DNA of 64,000 nucleotides. Source: Chrysomallon squamiferum (taxonomy: Eukaryota; Animalia; Mollusca). The notes under the pieces were generated by a model. That model saw only the letters and a list, made by a program, of their open reading frames with translations, was not told the origin of the DNA and ran no database searches. Below are positions 12,607 through 26,500 of the stretch, one piece after another. Both the position numbers and the translations under genes were made by a program. The stretch lies in NCBI GenBank assembly GCA_012295275.1, contig CM022665.1, positions 17,546,001 to 17,610,000 on the forward strand, given 5' to 3'. Position 1 is the first letter of the stretch. The number at the start of each line of letters is the position of its first letter.

Positions 12607-15600
12607 AATGATTTAAAAATCTAAGAATATAATTAAGTTTTCATCAAGAAAATATCATCAAAGTATAAAACATTAAGCAAACATATTAATTCAGTTTAGT
12701 ATCATAAATGAATAAAATTTAGACCTCTTCTGATATTGCAATGTGAGTAATTTTTTTCTGAAACACTTCAACAGGATCAACAGTATCCAGGCCTCCAAAG
12801 TTTCGAAGCACTGCATGTTCTAGCTGATGCCAACACAGTAGACGATTCTGTTTTACTGCAAATGCATACACCATCTTCACTAGACTGAAATTAATAAAAC
12901 ATCTGAATAGTAATCAAATATCATCTTTTACTTATTATAAACAGTCTTGTTTTGTGTTTTTTTAGATCTAAATTTTATTTGGAAGTTATTCCATGAATCA
13001 AATGTAGTATTATAATTAAGTGCTGTAATAATTGTAATTTTATTCAGTGATGAAGACTCATTTAACTTTAAAAAATTATAACAGGTTAGAAGAAAATGTA
13101 ACTATTACAGCTATGACTGTAAATTTAACACAGTGCAAATTTTGCAAATGATGAATGAAAGGATCCTGTTTTCTGAATGAGATCACATTTTCCGGTTTCA
13201 CTGAGTCATTCCAACAGAATCATTCCATATTGCATGCAGTTATGTTATCATAATCATAATAATAATTTGTAAAATGATATTTAAATTTTAAACTGACTCT
13301 CATTTATAATTTACTGAGAATTATCAAACAAATATGTTAATAATATAATTAGCCTTTATCTTCAATATTCTAACATGTTTTGGAAAAGGTAATAATAATT
13401 ATATGTCATAGAAATGGATATTTTAATCTTTTAAAAATCCCAGCAACAACAATGTCAAAAACAGTTTTGTTTAAATAAAATGTGACTTTGTTTGTATTTT
13501 GAAATTAATTTTTACTTGTATTTAACTAATCAATTCTCTGGGGAAAAAAAAAAAATTATTTATAAAACTAATAAAACTGGCTGCAAACAGATGCCATTTT
13601 TACTTTTTTCTTTTATTTATCCATTATTTTTGTTATTTCTCTGGGATTTTTTAATTTTATTTAATTTTTTTTTTAATTTTATTTATTTATTATTATTTTT
13701 TTTTTTCTATGGTTGGATCCTACTTGAATGTGTCATTATGGACTAATTCACTGTTATAAAACAATGAAACAATGAAAATTATCGGGCAAAGTAATTTTGA
13801 TAATTTATTCTGCACCAAATATTTATATTTTTATATATTCACTTTGAAGATCAGTGACAACCTCCACTGGTTAAATATATATATATATATATATTTATAT
13901 TTATAAATACATACATACACATACACACACACACACATATTAAACCATAAAACTACTGCTACACCTAGCAGGCCTAATAATCAAAACAGTAATAATAAAT
14001 TAATTAATAATCTTATTACCTGCACTCTGTGAAACATTTTCACCAAAAAAAAAAATTGACCTTTATCAAGGATTAAAAAAGTAAAAATAATTTTTATCAT
14101 ACAAAGCTTGTGATCATAATGAGTGAGGAATTTATAAATGTCAAAGTTTTTCATGGTATACTTATAAATGTTATAATTAGGAATTGTAAGTACATTTCTA
14201 AGTTACTACAATAGCATCTGTGATTGTTTTGTGGAACCTATATATAATAAAAACAAAAAAAAAAATATGTATATCCATATTTTAATAATTATGTACTGGT
14301 ATTAGTATTTGCTTCATTGTAGCACTTGCTGTTATCAGGTTTTACCGCAAACATACAAAGCAACATTTTAAACAAGATTATATTCTTATTCTAACACTGA
14401 CCAAATGCAGACAGTGTAGACTCCTATTAATGTACCTATAAAAGTCTCTCAGTCCAAAGAATTCACGTTTTTCTAGTGTTTCACCAAAAACTGCTTTATA
14501 AGCTTCAGCTAACTGAGGCAAGAGATATTCAATCTTCTGAAGAACCACTTCACAGGTTGCACATATTCCCCTGTTGATATACACATAATTATATGTTATA
14601 ATTAAAAACATATTTTAACTGGAAAACCAAAAATTCAAAATATCAGTTTTTATCTTTGTATTCTATAGTGAACATGCATTAACACTAAACAAAAATAACT
14701 GCACATAAAACATAGATTTAAAAATATCATACAAATGTGCATGCTGATATTAACTTATTATTTTAAACTTTCAGTTTAAAATAGCTCCCAAGGAAATGAC
14801 TGAATTTAAAAGAGAATAAAGCTCTGACAACAGACTTCCTTTAACAAAGCAGATTAACCTTGCTGATTGTAAAAGTTCAGTTTCATCTGGAACATCTCTC
14901 TGGACAAGAATGCCTCTGTTCATTTTGGCTGGATCAAGAGCCCAGTTGGAAATCCCAATAAAAGCAACCTTTAAGTAAAAATTATAGTGAACTGTTATCA
15001 GCTATAAACATAGTCAAATATCTCTCCACTTATTTCTGTATGTGGGTGCCTTTGCATCTAATATAATTTATATTAATTAGTAATCGGAAAATAGTGTATA
15101 TAGCCTTCAAAAGTTTCACGAAACTTAGCAATATCTGTATAATGTTACAAGATTAATAACAACAAATGAAATTTATCTCACATTAATAGAAATGCAATAC
15201 AGCTTTCAACAAAGATACTGATTAATGATTTACAGTAATTATTCCCATTTAAATAAAAACAGTTTACAAAATACCTTTAGTGGTATTTACTGAAATATGA
15301 TGATCGATTGTGAACTCATCCTCAAAGAATATGAAAATCTAGAACAACATTTTCAAAGTGAATTGAACTATCCAATAAAATTACAAGTTAATCCAATGTT
15401 TAGTATTTTAGTGAATAAATTAAAAATAGTTTTCTTGTTGTAAGTGATTGTTTGACACTGAAACTTTTGAACATTAAATATATTTTTGTCTCATTACTAA
15501 TTAATATGATTAAATTATACAAGATACCAGAACCTAATTGTTTGTTTTTAATGTGTATATCTGTGTGTGTGTGTGTGTCTGTGATCTAATCTTTACAAAA

Positions 15601-18600
15601 AAACGTTTAAGTGGCTGTACAGTTGTGGATCTTAAACTTATCACACTGATCAAATTAAACCTTTTTATATGGCTCTGGTTTTTCATCCCCCTGGCATCCA
15701 TCTTCCAGTAATGGGTGGAGGGTCTTTCAAAAAAAAGAAACAAAAAGAGAGTAAAGCAATAAGGATTTGAATAGTTTAAAATAGAAAAGTTATAATGGGT
15801 CAACTGTAAGAGCAGATGCTGTAACTGTCAAAATAAAATTGGACAAAAGAAAAGTTGTGACATAATCAAGTTTACAGTAAAAGTGATAAGCTTTATGACA
15901 TTAATGAGATTGTAAATTAAATGAAAAACTAATATTTAACTTTTAAAAAATAATAAATACATTCTTTGAGAATATGAAACAACAGTTGCATGTTTATCAT
16001 CTATTAATTTTCATTATTTAATCTTAATGAAAACACACCTTGAGAGGCATGCGAACTGAATCTTCTGCCAGTCCCACTTCATCCAACACGACAACAGACA
16101 CAAATCTGTCCAGATCTTTGTCTTTCTGAAACTGAGCACACTGTCGGAAAGTTCCCAAGATACCTTCTGCTATGGACAAAGGACTACATTGGAACGATAC
16201 CATCTGAGCCTTGTAAATAAATCAAATATTGGTAAATAAACTTTAATTTTCATAGAGTATTCTCCAGTCTGTTCTTCCAAAATGCTACATTTTTCAAGTT
16301 TGAGAAATGAAAATAATGACAGATACATATACTTGTTAACAGATCTGAAGATAATTTAAAAATATTTTATTAAAGTATGGATAGATTGCATCATAACACT
16401 ATTCTAATAAGTATCAGACTGTTTTTGAAAAAGATAGCAGCATAATCTTAAATTCATTAGTAATATTACATTTTCTTATAATCTTTTGAACTCACTTGTT
16501 TCAGCTGCTTAAAAAGTTCAGTTCTAGCAGAATTGCCTTGCATTGCATCAGAAACAATAGTTTTTGCCAGCGATTTTGAGCTGCCAGGTTTGCCAACAAG
16601 AAACAATGGAATGCGTAACTCTATGCAGATGATCATCATGAACAGGTTTTCCTTTAGAGCTTGGTTCTTGGCAATATTGTCTTCAAGTTGAACATTATCA
16701 AGGAAGACATCTTGACACCTATAATTAATGAAAGATTAATTGAAAACATCTTCACAGAAGGGTCTAAGCTATTAAAAAATATAATGAAAAAGAAAGACAA
16801 ATTAAGAATATAAAAATTTAAATTAAAAATGTATACACACTTTTGGATATCATTAATTAATGATAAGACAAACAATACTGTTTCAATGTTTTATAATTGT
16901 AAAAATAATTTAAAGAACTGCAGTTTTACAGATTAGTTATGCTAATATATATTTAATATCCAAGTAAACAATATCATTTTATAAATAAATTTGCTTTTCA
17001 CAGTTGCACCTAACCTTACCTTGTTATCACTTCAACAAACTGCTCTATTCCATAAGGAAGACTGCAAGGATTTTGAAAAAACTGTGTTACATGTTCATCA
17101 TAATCTTCTCTGCTTCTCAAAGAAGCTCGGTAACAGACACCAAGAGCCAAGATTAGTGACTTTGTTAAATCATCAGGCCACTGCAAAATTGTAGAGAAAA
17201 AAATTAAAATTAAAATGTGAATCCTGTAGACACAGAAAAATGCCTTTATTTTTCAATCTTACATTTCTCTACAATGTTAATATCTTTCAAATTTACAATG
17301 TGAAATGATAATGAAAGACTTAGGTCTCACCCTCTGATTTTCTCTTTCATGATCTTCTACCTGTTCTTCATCTTCATCTTCAGTGATAATATCATCATTT
17401 TCCATCATGTCAAAGAGAATTCTGTTTCTCTGAGATTGCTGATAAAACCAGGACATAACCTTTAAAACTCGTTCAACATCTCGCAGGCTGACAAAGCTAC
17501 ATTCATCCTGAAGTAAAAAAAAATAATATTTCACTAAAATCAAATAAAAAAACGTTCCGTGACATTTTTTTGAATTTCTCTCTTCTTCATAAATTTTACT
17601 TTACAATGACAATAAACTATTTTAATTAATATACAGGTTAGTGCATTATAGAAAGAAAAAAAAGGCTGTTAATATATTTTAGTGTGAATTCTCTTTATCA
17701 TTATTCTGTTCATCACTGGTTCACTTTTTAATCTTAAATTCCACAAAGAACAGTTCTGCCAACAGCATCTGTGAACACTATGTTGAACAATTAAAAGTTT
17801 TTCACCTTTTGATCTCTCATAAAATTTTGTGACTCTATCAAGATTCTGCTGAGAACCTGAGCCAGGTCAGTTACCAGTGGCAGCATATTGTCATGAACCT
17901 GTGGAAGAAAAAAAATGATATAAATATATTAATGTAAATAGTATATATTTTTCAAACTGTCCGTACTGTCTTAAAACAAAAATTAAAATTAGAAATAATT
18001 AAAAATAATTAAGAAATTTCAAAAAGCATACAATCATTTCAAATCTTTTATGAATTGAAAAACAGAACATAAAATGAATGCTTACATAACGATTCACCAT
18101 TTGTCTTATGTAGAGTTCTTCTACATTTGTGCTCAGTTGTCCAAAGTCCCAGACAAGTGGCAGCATGCTCTGTGGCAGTGGCTGTACCCGGTAAACAAGT
18201 CGCCGCATTGGAACACGACCTATCAGTAAAAAATAAAACTGAATATCATTACTGAAGTCTCACACACAGACACACACATGCACACACACACATACACACA
18301 CAAAAAATCAGACCAAAAGACACAACAAATAAAATATAAAAGAAAACCTAAAAAGAAAATTAATAAAAATGAATTGATCTGACAAAAATATTTCAGAAAA
18401 GGATATGTTGCAGTTTTATTAATTGCATAATCAATAATTCTAAACATATGTTGGTTTTAGAAAATAAAAAATTGTTACCCAAAATAAAAATCAATAATCA
18501 AACAGAAAATATTACCAAGCCTGTCAGTTGTTTTTTCTGCATCAACATGATAACCAAGACCAGCTTTTTCAAGTCTCTGTATGAGTTCATCGGAATGCCT

Positions 18601-21600
18601 GAAGATTAAATAAATTTAATAAAATAAAACAGCCTTAAATGTGAAGTCAAATCTATTATTATTAAAAACAAAAACATTATTAGTTTTTAAACATCTGACA
18701 TTTAATTAATTAGGATCAATGAAACTAGTGTACATACTTCCTGTATGGATTGCATGCAGCTACTAGTTTCAGTTTCTCTGACAGATGTAATGGCTGACCA
18801 TCCATTGTTCCATCACACATGATTTCCTTGATTAAACCAATAGCTTCTGTTGTGTTGGCCTCGTCAAAGAACAGAACAGTGTAGATGTGTTCATTGATTC
18901 GTGCATTGGCCTGGGCCAGTCTTTCTGCTTTGTGGACTTTGTTGATGATATCTTCAGCAGTGGTACCACCATGGACCTATATTTGTAGTCATATAAATAT
19001 TTGTGATTGATGCAAAATCCAATGGTAATTTCATTTTTAAGAGTACATTGTTAAAGGCATTTATAAAGGTATGAAACATACTCAGTTTTCAATAATTATA
19101 CCTGAAAGATTAACTATATTAATTTCTAGATATGGTCTTAAACTGATCAGACAAGACAAATAAAACAAAGAGATACTAACCTTCATGATTACCATGTTTT
19201 CAACTTCACTTCCTGGAGGAACTTGTAGTGAACATAAGAATTTGACCAGCCTGGTTTTTCCACATCCTGTTTCACCCATGATTAGCACAGGAATATTGCA
19301 TCTGAATATTACAATAATAATAATAATAATAGTAATAATAATAATAATAATAATAATAGTTGCTGCTGTTGTTGTTGTTATTATTAGGTATGTAACTATG
19401 TTTAAAGTATTATTATTATCATTATTATTAGATGGGTTAATATGTTTAAATTATTATTGTCATCATCATCATCATGAAAATATTATCACACAATATCAGT
19501 TACCTGAACCTCATGAAAATAGCGAGAATCTTTTTGACATTATCAGTTGTCAGTTCATATGTTTGGTCTGGGTCATAGAAATATTCAAGTCCTGGCATAA
19601 CACTGAAAAGTTTCTCCAAGCATTGCAATCTAAAATAAAAAGCACAGAGTTACCAGGTAAAAATTAAGAATATGATTTCTTAATTGACTGGTTTCTTTCT
19701 GATGATACAATTTGGATATAACATTTATTTCAAAGATTTTTAAAATGTATATATAAAACTTTTGTTTCAGTTCATCACCAGACTAACCTTTGCAGGTGAT
19801 CAAAATTTTCATTCAGGGGAACTCTGTTTCTGATGAGACTATCTTGAAGATTCTTTGGCATAATTCCTTGTTCTAACACTTCCCCTGTTTGTTGGTCTAT
19901 GAGATCTCCTGTGTTTCTGTTGATGTTAAATCCCAAGAAAGTCATTGTCTGTCCATCAGGATTGAAAAAAAATGTATGGATGAGGACTGCAAAAATTAGA
20001 AAAAAGATTATTCCAAACTGAAAATAAATAATGCTTTATGCAAAGTATAATACTGGTCTCTCTTATGTATAAGCATCTTTGAAAATAAAACACAACTAAT
20101 AAAATAAATAATAAAACATGTGAGATTAAATTCTGTTTAAAATAATTTTATGCTTATCTTATTTTTGTTGTAGCTGTTTAAAAAACAAAAAAAACATTTG
20201 TGTATAACTGACATCCTTCTAGTGGTATAGTACTAAACCTTTATTAGTACATAAAATATTTTGTCTTCATTTTAGTATTATTTGGATGAGTACATTAACA
20301 AATGTGCATTTAGTGCAACAGTGAATTTTTCTGGTTCGTTATTAAATGTTTTTCATTTCTAAATTCATAGACATGCATGGCAAAATGCTTAATGCAGATT
20401 ACCAACCTGCTTCCCAAGTCCGTCTCATCTGGAACTGTGAAATAACTTCTTCTTCTTCATTTTCCACAGGTGTTATGTCTTCTATTGGTGTTTCTTCAAT
20501 GTTCAACAAAGCTTGGCAAAATCCTGCAACAGATAGGAACAAATCTAAAAGTAGTTTTAACTTTATTATTTGTAATATTTGAAATATTTATTCTACTGAG
20601 TACAGTTATCAGTCTTAATATGTTACACTTTTTTGTTAATAGGATAGAAAAAGTGTACTAAACAAAATTGATGCTCTAGATTAAATAAACAGCTCACTCA
20701 GTGATAATCACTCTTGTAAAAACCTAACAAGCAAGAATTTTTAAAATAGCTATCTTTTATTCACAAGATAGAAACATAGAAAAATAAATCTACTTTTGCA
20801 ACAGTTAGAAGTTCCATGGAATTGGAATATCATTTTTTGTCAATTCTCAACAAAAATGAACAAATAATATTCTATTATTTAAGAACCAAAGCTGTTAGTC
20901 AGGAAATCAATCTAAAAAAATGATTCTTTAAAAGGGAAAAGCCATTTCAAGTTTTTTAGCCAGACATTTCACATATATTCCAGTTTATTTCTAATCAGCT
21001 ATCACATATTTAAATATTAAGAAATCTTTTAATTTACTCACTCTTGACATCTGGATCAGAAAACGGAGAACAAACTGTGAGAATCCTGGAAGATCATCCT
21101 GCAGTTCTGGAGAACAGAAAACTGATCGTTCAAAGTCACACAACTGTGTGTTCAGAAACCAGACAAAGTGATGAAGTTCTGCCCATGATGGATCAGGCAC
21201 TCCACAGTGTCTAAAAAACAAAAACAACAACAGTGCAAGAGCATATGTATATGTTTGTTGGTGTCTGTGAGTTTATGCATGTGTACATATGAGGGTGTGC
21301 ATGTGTGTGTGCACACACACTATAAATGTATTTATTCATTAAAAAGAAATTTACATAACATGAAACATTTTAAAGATAGTTGTTCAAATTTTGATAAAAT
21401 CTGTTATCTATCAATTTATCCAAAATAAAACTCAAACTAAATAAATAAAGAAACATTAATAATAAATTTAAAATTTTTTTTTTTTTTTTTACATTTATCA
21501 TTACATTAAAGCTATAGATGGTTATTAATTGTGTTATTCATAAAAAAAAAAATTTAAGATCATAAAGAACAAATAAATACATATCAAATATATTTTTGTA

Positions 21601-21752
21601 TGTTTTCAAAAAACAAAAAAATTGAAGACATTTTGCAACTGGGAAAAAAATACATACTCAGAAGTTGTTTGAAAAATATACAAAAATAATACATAACTAA
21701 AGACTGCTTTAAAATAATCTAAACAAGACACATGGTATATTTTTATTTTATT

Positions 21753-21787
<35 letters not shown>

Positions 21788-23468
21788 TTATTATTATTAT
21801 TATTTTAAATGAATGACTATTAACCTTAGAAGTGTTTCCAGACAATGAGCTGGATTTCCTTGTGGTGTTGAAGGATTGATGTCACTAAAACTTGTTTTAT
21901 TTTCCCATCTGAATAAATACTGGTATGGTCGCTGATAGACATCACTTTTGAACTCATCCAGATCAAACAACAAGTCATGCATCTCATAATCTAAGAAAAA
22001 CAAAATCTAGTGAAATCATATTTTAAGTTTCTTTCTACAGACTAAACAAAAATAAAAAATTCATCAACTTTCCATTAGAATTGTCATGATATAATTTATT
22101 AAAATTATATTTAAAAAGGCACAAATTAAATATGCTTATGAAACATTATTAGAGTATTTCTTATAATATGCAACTGTAATTCACATTATGCAAATGTGAT
22201 AAACAATATCATTTTTCTATTTTCTAAAAAGATCTCATTCTACCACTTTCGTTAGAGAATAGTACAAACCATCATTTGTGCTTCCATTAGTTAAAATCAG
22301 CAAACTGTCTTTTGGAGACCAACATGTAACATGAGGCAGAATTTCAAAAATTGAATGTATCAGTCGTGCATTTGTCTTCTATGGAAATTAAAAATAAAAG
22401 ACAGTTACCTTCAGCATAAATATAAAAAGGAAGATTATTTAATATCTGTTTAACAATAATTATACATAGACATTATTTTTAAATATGACTTTTTAGACAA
22501 CATTCTGTACATAATTATTTAATAATTTATGATTTTTTTCTTTTTTTTTATATTAAAATATAAATGCAATTTTTTCTATTTTTTTTTTACATATACTGTA
22601 TTTCTAAATCAGTAATATTCCTTCTTCAACAGTTAGCCAAATTTAGAGAAAAATTTGTGTACAATTATTTTGTATATTTCAAAATAAACTGAAAGATTAA
22701 AAATTAAAAAAATCCTATGAATGATAATAGAAAACAGTTAGTTTCAATATCAATTGCATTTCCTCAAACTTTCATACATTATGAACCCTGGCAGATAAAA
22801 AAATAGAGCATTGGTTAAATGCTTTTGAATGTTTTCAGGAATAAAAAAATAAAATAAAGAAGAGCTTCTGCAACTGAAATAAAAAGTAAGGAAGATACTG
22901 AATGCCAATAAATTAATCACCTGTTGATCTTTGAAATCAAAAATGGGAATAATCTCAACCAAATAAAGATCCATTGCAGAACACAGCCAGATATATCCAT
23001 TTTCATTTGTCACTTTTCCCAAAATCAGAAGATTGAATAAAAGATAATCCAAGCCTTCCTGGACCTAAGAAAAAAAAATTATGAAAACCTGTACTATTGG
23101 AGAAAAACAAACAAACCAACTCATACAAAATAATTATATAAAAGTTTAAAAGTTTTAAATGTGAAAAGGGATACATAAAATTTAAAAAAAGAGCAAATTG
23201 TCAGTTATTTTTGAGAACTGTACCTCATATGATATGTTGAAATGAAATATTCTTGGAAAGGATTCACCAGGTTTCAGCATGTAAGGTAACAGTTTGTTTG
23301 TAACTCTGTTCATCTCAACAGTTTTCTCATACAGAGAAATAGACACAGACACATCATCTGATTTTGATTTGGGATTTAGCTGTTTTAATTCTTCAACTCT
23401 TCTTTTCTTGTACAATGTCTTTCCAACACCAGCTCTTTTGGATTTCACAACACGAACTGTGGAGCTAA

Positions 23469-23502
<34 letters not shown>

Positions 23503-26500
23503 TGTGAAATAAATAAAAGTTATCAAGTTATTCAAAGAGATGGTGGAACTTTAGAATTAGTATTAAAAAATTTAGTTTAACTTACTGAACATCAATAGGC
23601 ATACCAATTTCAAGTTGTTTTAAATCAATATGTGTAATGTTTTTTTTTTTTTTCTTGTAATGATTGTTTTAACAAAGTAATTATTTCCAGAAATTTCTAT
23701 CTACAGACATTTTTAAAATTGTATCAAAGTCATTAGATATTTATATTTTAAATAGTGGAACAACTAATTTTTCGTATGTCAAAATTAACAAATGTAAAAT
23801 ATTGCATTAAATTAATCATTGAAAAGAAATAAATAATTCTTCTCTGTCATAAGATTTAATTATCAAATACCATTTTCAAGCTTACTTTGAGAAGTCTATG
23901 TGGGAAGCAGATTTCATGTTGTTCTTGACACAGGTTTCTGTAAATTTCTCAGTCAGGTACTTCTTTATTTCAGTTATTTTGATCATTGGAGGCTGGCGAC
24001 GATGGTGATCCAGGGCTGCAACTAGACGAGCTCGATATTCATTTTCTGATGAGCAGAGAATTACAAGTTTGTAGTTTGAGTTCCTCTCTGAAATGAAATT
24101 AAACTAACTGATTTGAACAAACATGTTACAGAATAAACGGAGAATGACAAATACAGAATATTTGTTATGTTCTGTTAAGGTATGAATGGGAAATTCTGTT
24201 TGGCTGGTATTACGTAAAATCTTTATTTATTTCTTACCAGTTTCAGTATTTAATTATCTCAGTAAATTAGAAGCCCTAAATAGATCCATATAAAATCTAC
24301 TGTCTTCATTTATTTATTTTATTTTATTTTATTTTATTTCATTTCATTATTATTATTATTATTTTCTATTTCCTATTTTTTATTTTATTTCATTACTGTT
24401 TCTTTTATTTTGTTATTGTTTCTTTTCTTTTATTTCATTTTATTATTATTTCTATTTTTTCTTTTTTCTTTTTTTCCTGTTTTTTATTTTATTTTATTTT
24501 ATTTTATTTTATTTTATTTTATTTTATTTCGTTTTATTATTATTTCTTTTATTTCTTTGTTGTTTTTTCCTGTTTTTTTATTTTATTTTATTTTATTTTA
24601 TTTTATTTTAATGCTTTGTTAGTTTCTGTCACAAACCATGAGGATGAAAACAAAATACAGATGTATTAAGTTGCATTAGAGTTACACTTACCATTTGCTT
24701 TGTTTATATAGTCAACAAATTTCTTTTCTATTTTTTCCTCAATTTCATATTGTAAGAGATCAGCATATGCCAAACAATGAATTTTTCCCAGAGAGCTGAA
24801 AAATGCTCTTCGTAAGAAAATATCAACCTAAAAGAAAATTAACAATAGTATTTTATCATTGAAAACATTATAAGCTTTCCAGAAATAAATTTAATAAAAA
24901 TAATTTACTTTGATGTTACATTTTATAAACTCTATCTCATGATGATACTGGTAAAATGTAAAAAAAAAAAATGCAATTTTTTTTTTTCACATTAAATATT
25001 AATTTATATAAATAAATTGGTATAACATAAAACAAAATATCAACAGGCTACAAAAATGAATTACCTAAATACAATGAAGTCACATATATATGTGCCTACA
25101 TTTACACTGCATTATACTAGGTATATGAAAGAAAGAGGGTACATTATTTTAATTCACATTATTAAACTATCATATTTAGACTGCATGGATACAGCCATAA
25201 TAGTTTTGTTCACTATTATAATTGTAATTTAAAACAGTCATGACGTATTCCTTTCACAGTAAATCAAATACATTTTAAGATTTATAATTAAAATGTTGAT
25301 CTCCCATCATAGTTAAAAAAGACAATTTTCATTTCAGCTCATAAGAGATTTGTCTGTTTAAATAAGCCACAAGTATATTTTAAATCTTTATCCATGTCAT
25401 AAGATGGTTGGCATAAAGTACAGCAGATACACTTATGTATAAAATCCATTCATATAATATGAAGTAATTTGAAATTTACTATAAATATGAAATGATGCTG
25501 CCATCGGATACTTTGGTTGTTGCTGAGGAGAGGAGAATGATATCACTGAAACTAGAAGATGGGATGACCCCACATTGTTTACAGAATAAATGAAGTGAGA
25601 GTATGAAAGTAATTGTTTTTATGTTAGAAAAATTATTAAAATATTAACTTACTAGTAAGGTTTATATTGTTCTGTAACAGTTACTTTTAAAAGTCAGCTT
25701 TGTTTTAAAGAATTAAATAATATCATTGCCACCAATAATGTGACATAAATGACATTGATGAAAAAACATGGGAATAAAACAAACCTCATCAAAAGTAGTT
25801 TCAGGAGTGCACATCAAAACTTCATCAGCTCTTGGTAGCGGTTGACTGGAATCCTCCATGTACAAATGCAGCACTGCATTCAATAAATCACCTACACCGT
25901 AAATGTATCCATATAATAATATACCATAGAACAAATAAAACTTAGTGTGTGTCTGTGTGTATGTGTGTGTGTTACATAAATAGAAAGAAACAGAAAAAAA
26001 ATCCCTTCCAACAGACTTTTTATGATTACACTGTATTTCATGATTCCATTATTTTATTTATTAAACTTATTATGCAAAATTAAAAATTCCTGGTGAACCA
26101 TGAAACCAACCAATTTTAATGTAAATTTCATCAACAGAATATATACACTTTTCATATTTTAACAATATCAATGAAAACTTCAAAGCTACTGAATAAATCA
26201 TTTAATCAAAAACTTACTCTTTGGACAAACCATCAGATTTGGTGTTTTTGCTTTTAACTGAACTGGAAGCTTTCTTTCTAGAGACTGGTCACCTATAACA
26301 CCAAAAAAAAGAAGATTTTTCAGTATAAGAAACAGGAAAGACATGACACTATAGTGATATGGTCCTCGCCTTGCCCCTACAAATGAATGAAATGTAAAGG
26401 TTAATGTCATAACTATTTTACCTTAATTATAACTATATGTAATCAAATACATACATAATCTTTCAAGAACAATGTATAACAACAAATATTTACACAAAAT

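Noticed and set aside
19185-19667. 160-aa plus-strand ORF with poly-Ile, poly-Val and poly-His
   Set aside because: It is the antisense shadow of two RNF213 exons joined by intronic (AAT)n, (GTT)n and (CAT)n microsatellites.
24410-24622. Hydrophobic, membrane-protein-like ORFs (also 13492..13746, 31690..31899, 55713..55958)
   Set aside because: They are translations of T-rich low-complexity tracts with no splice or motif support.
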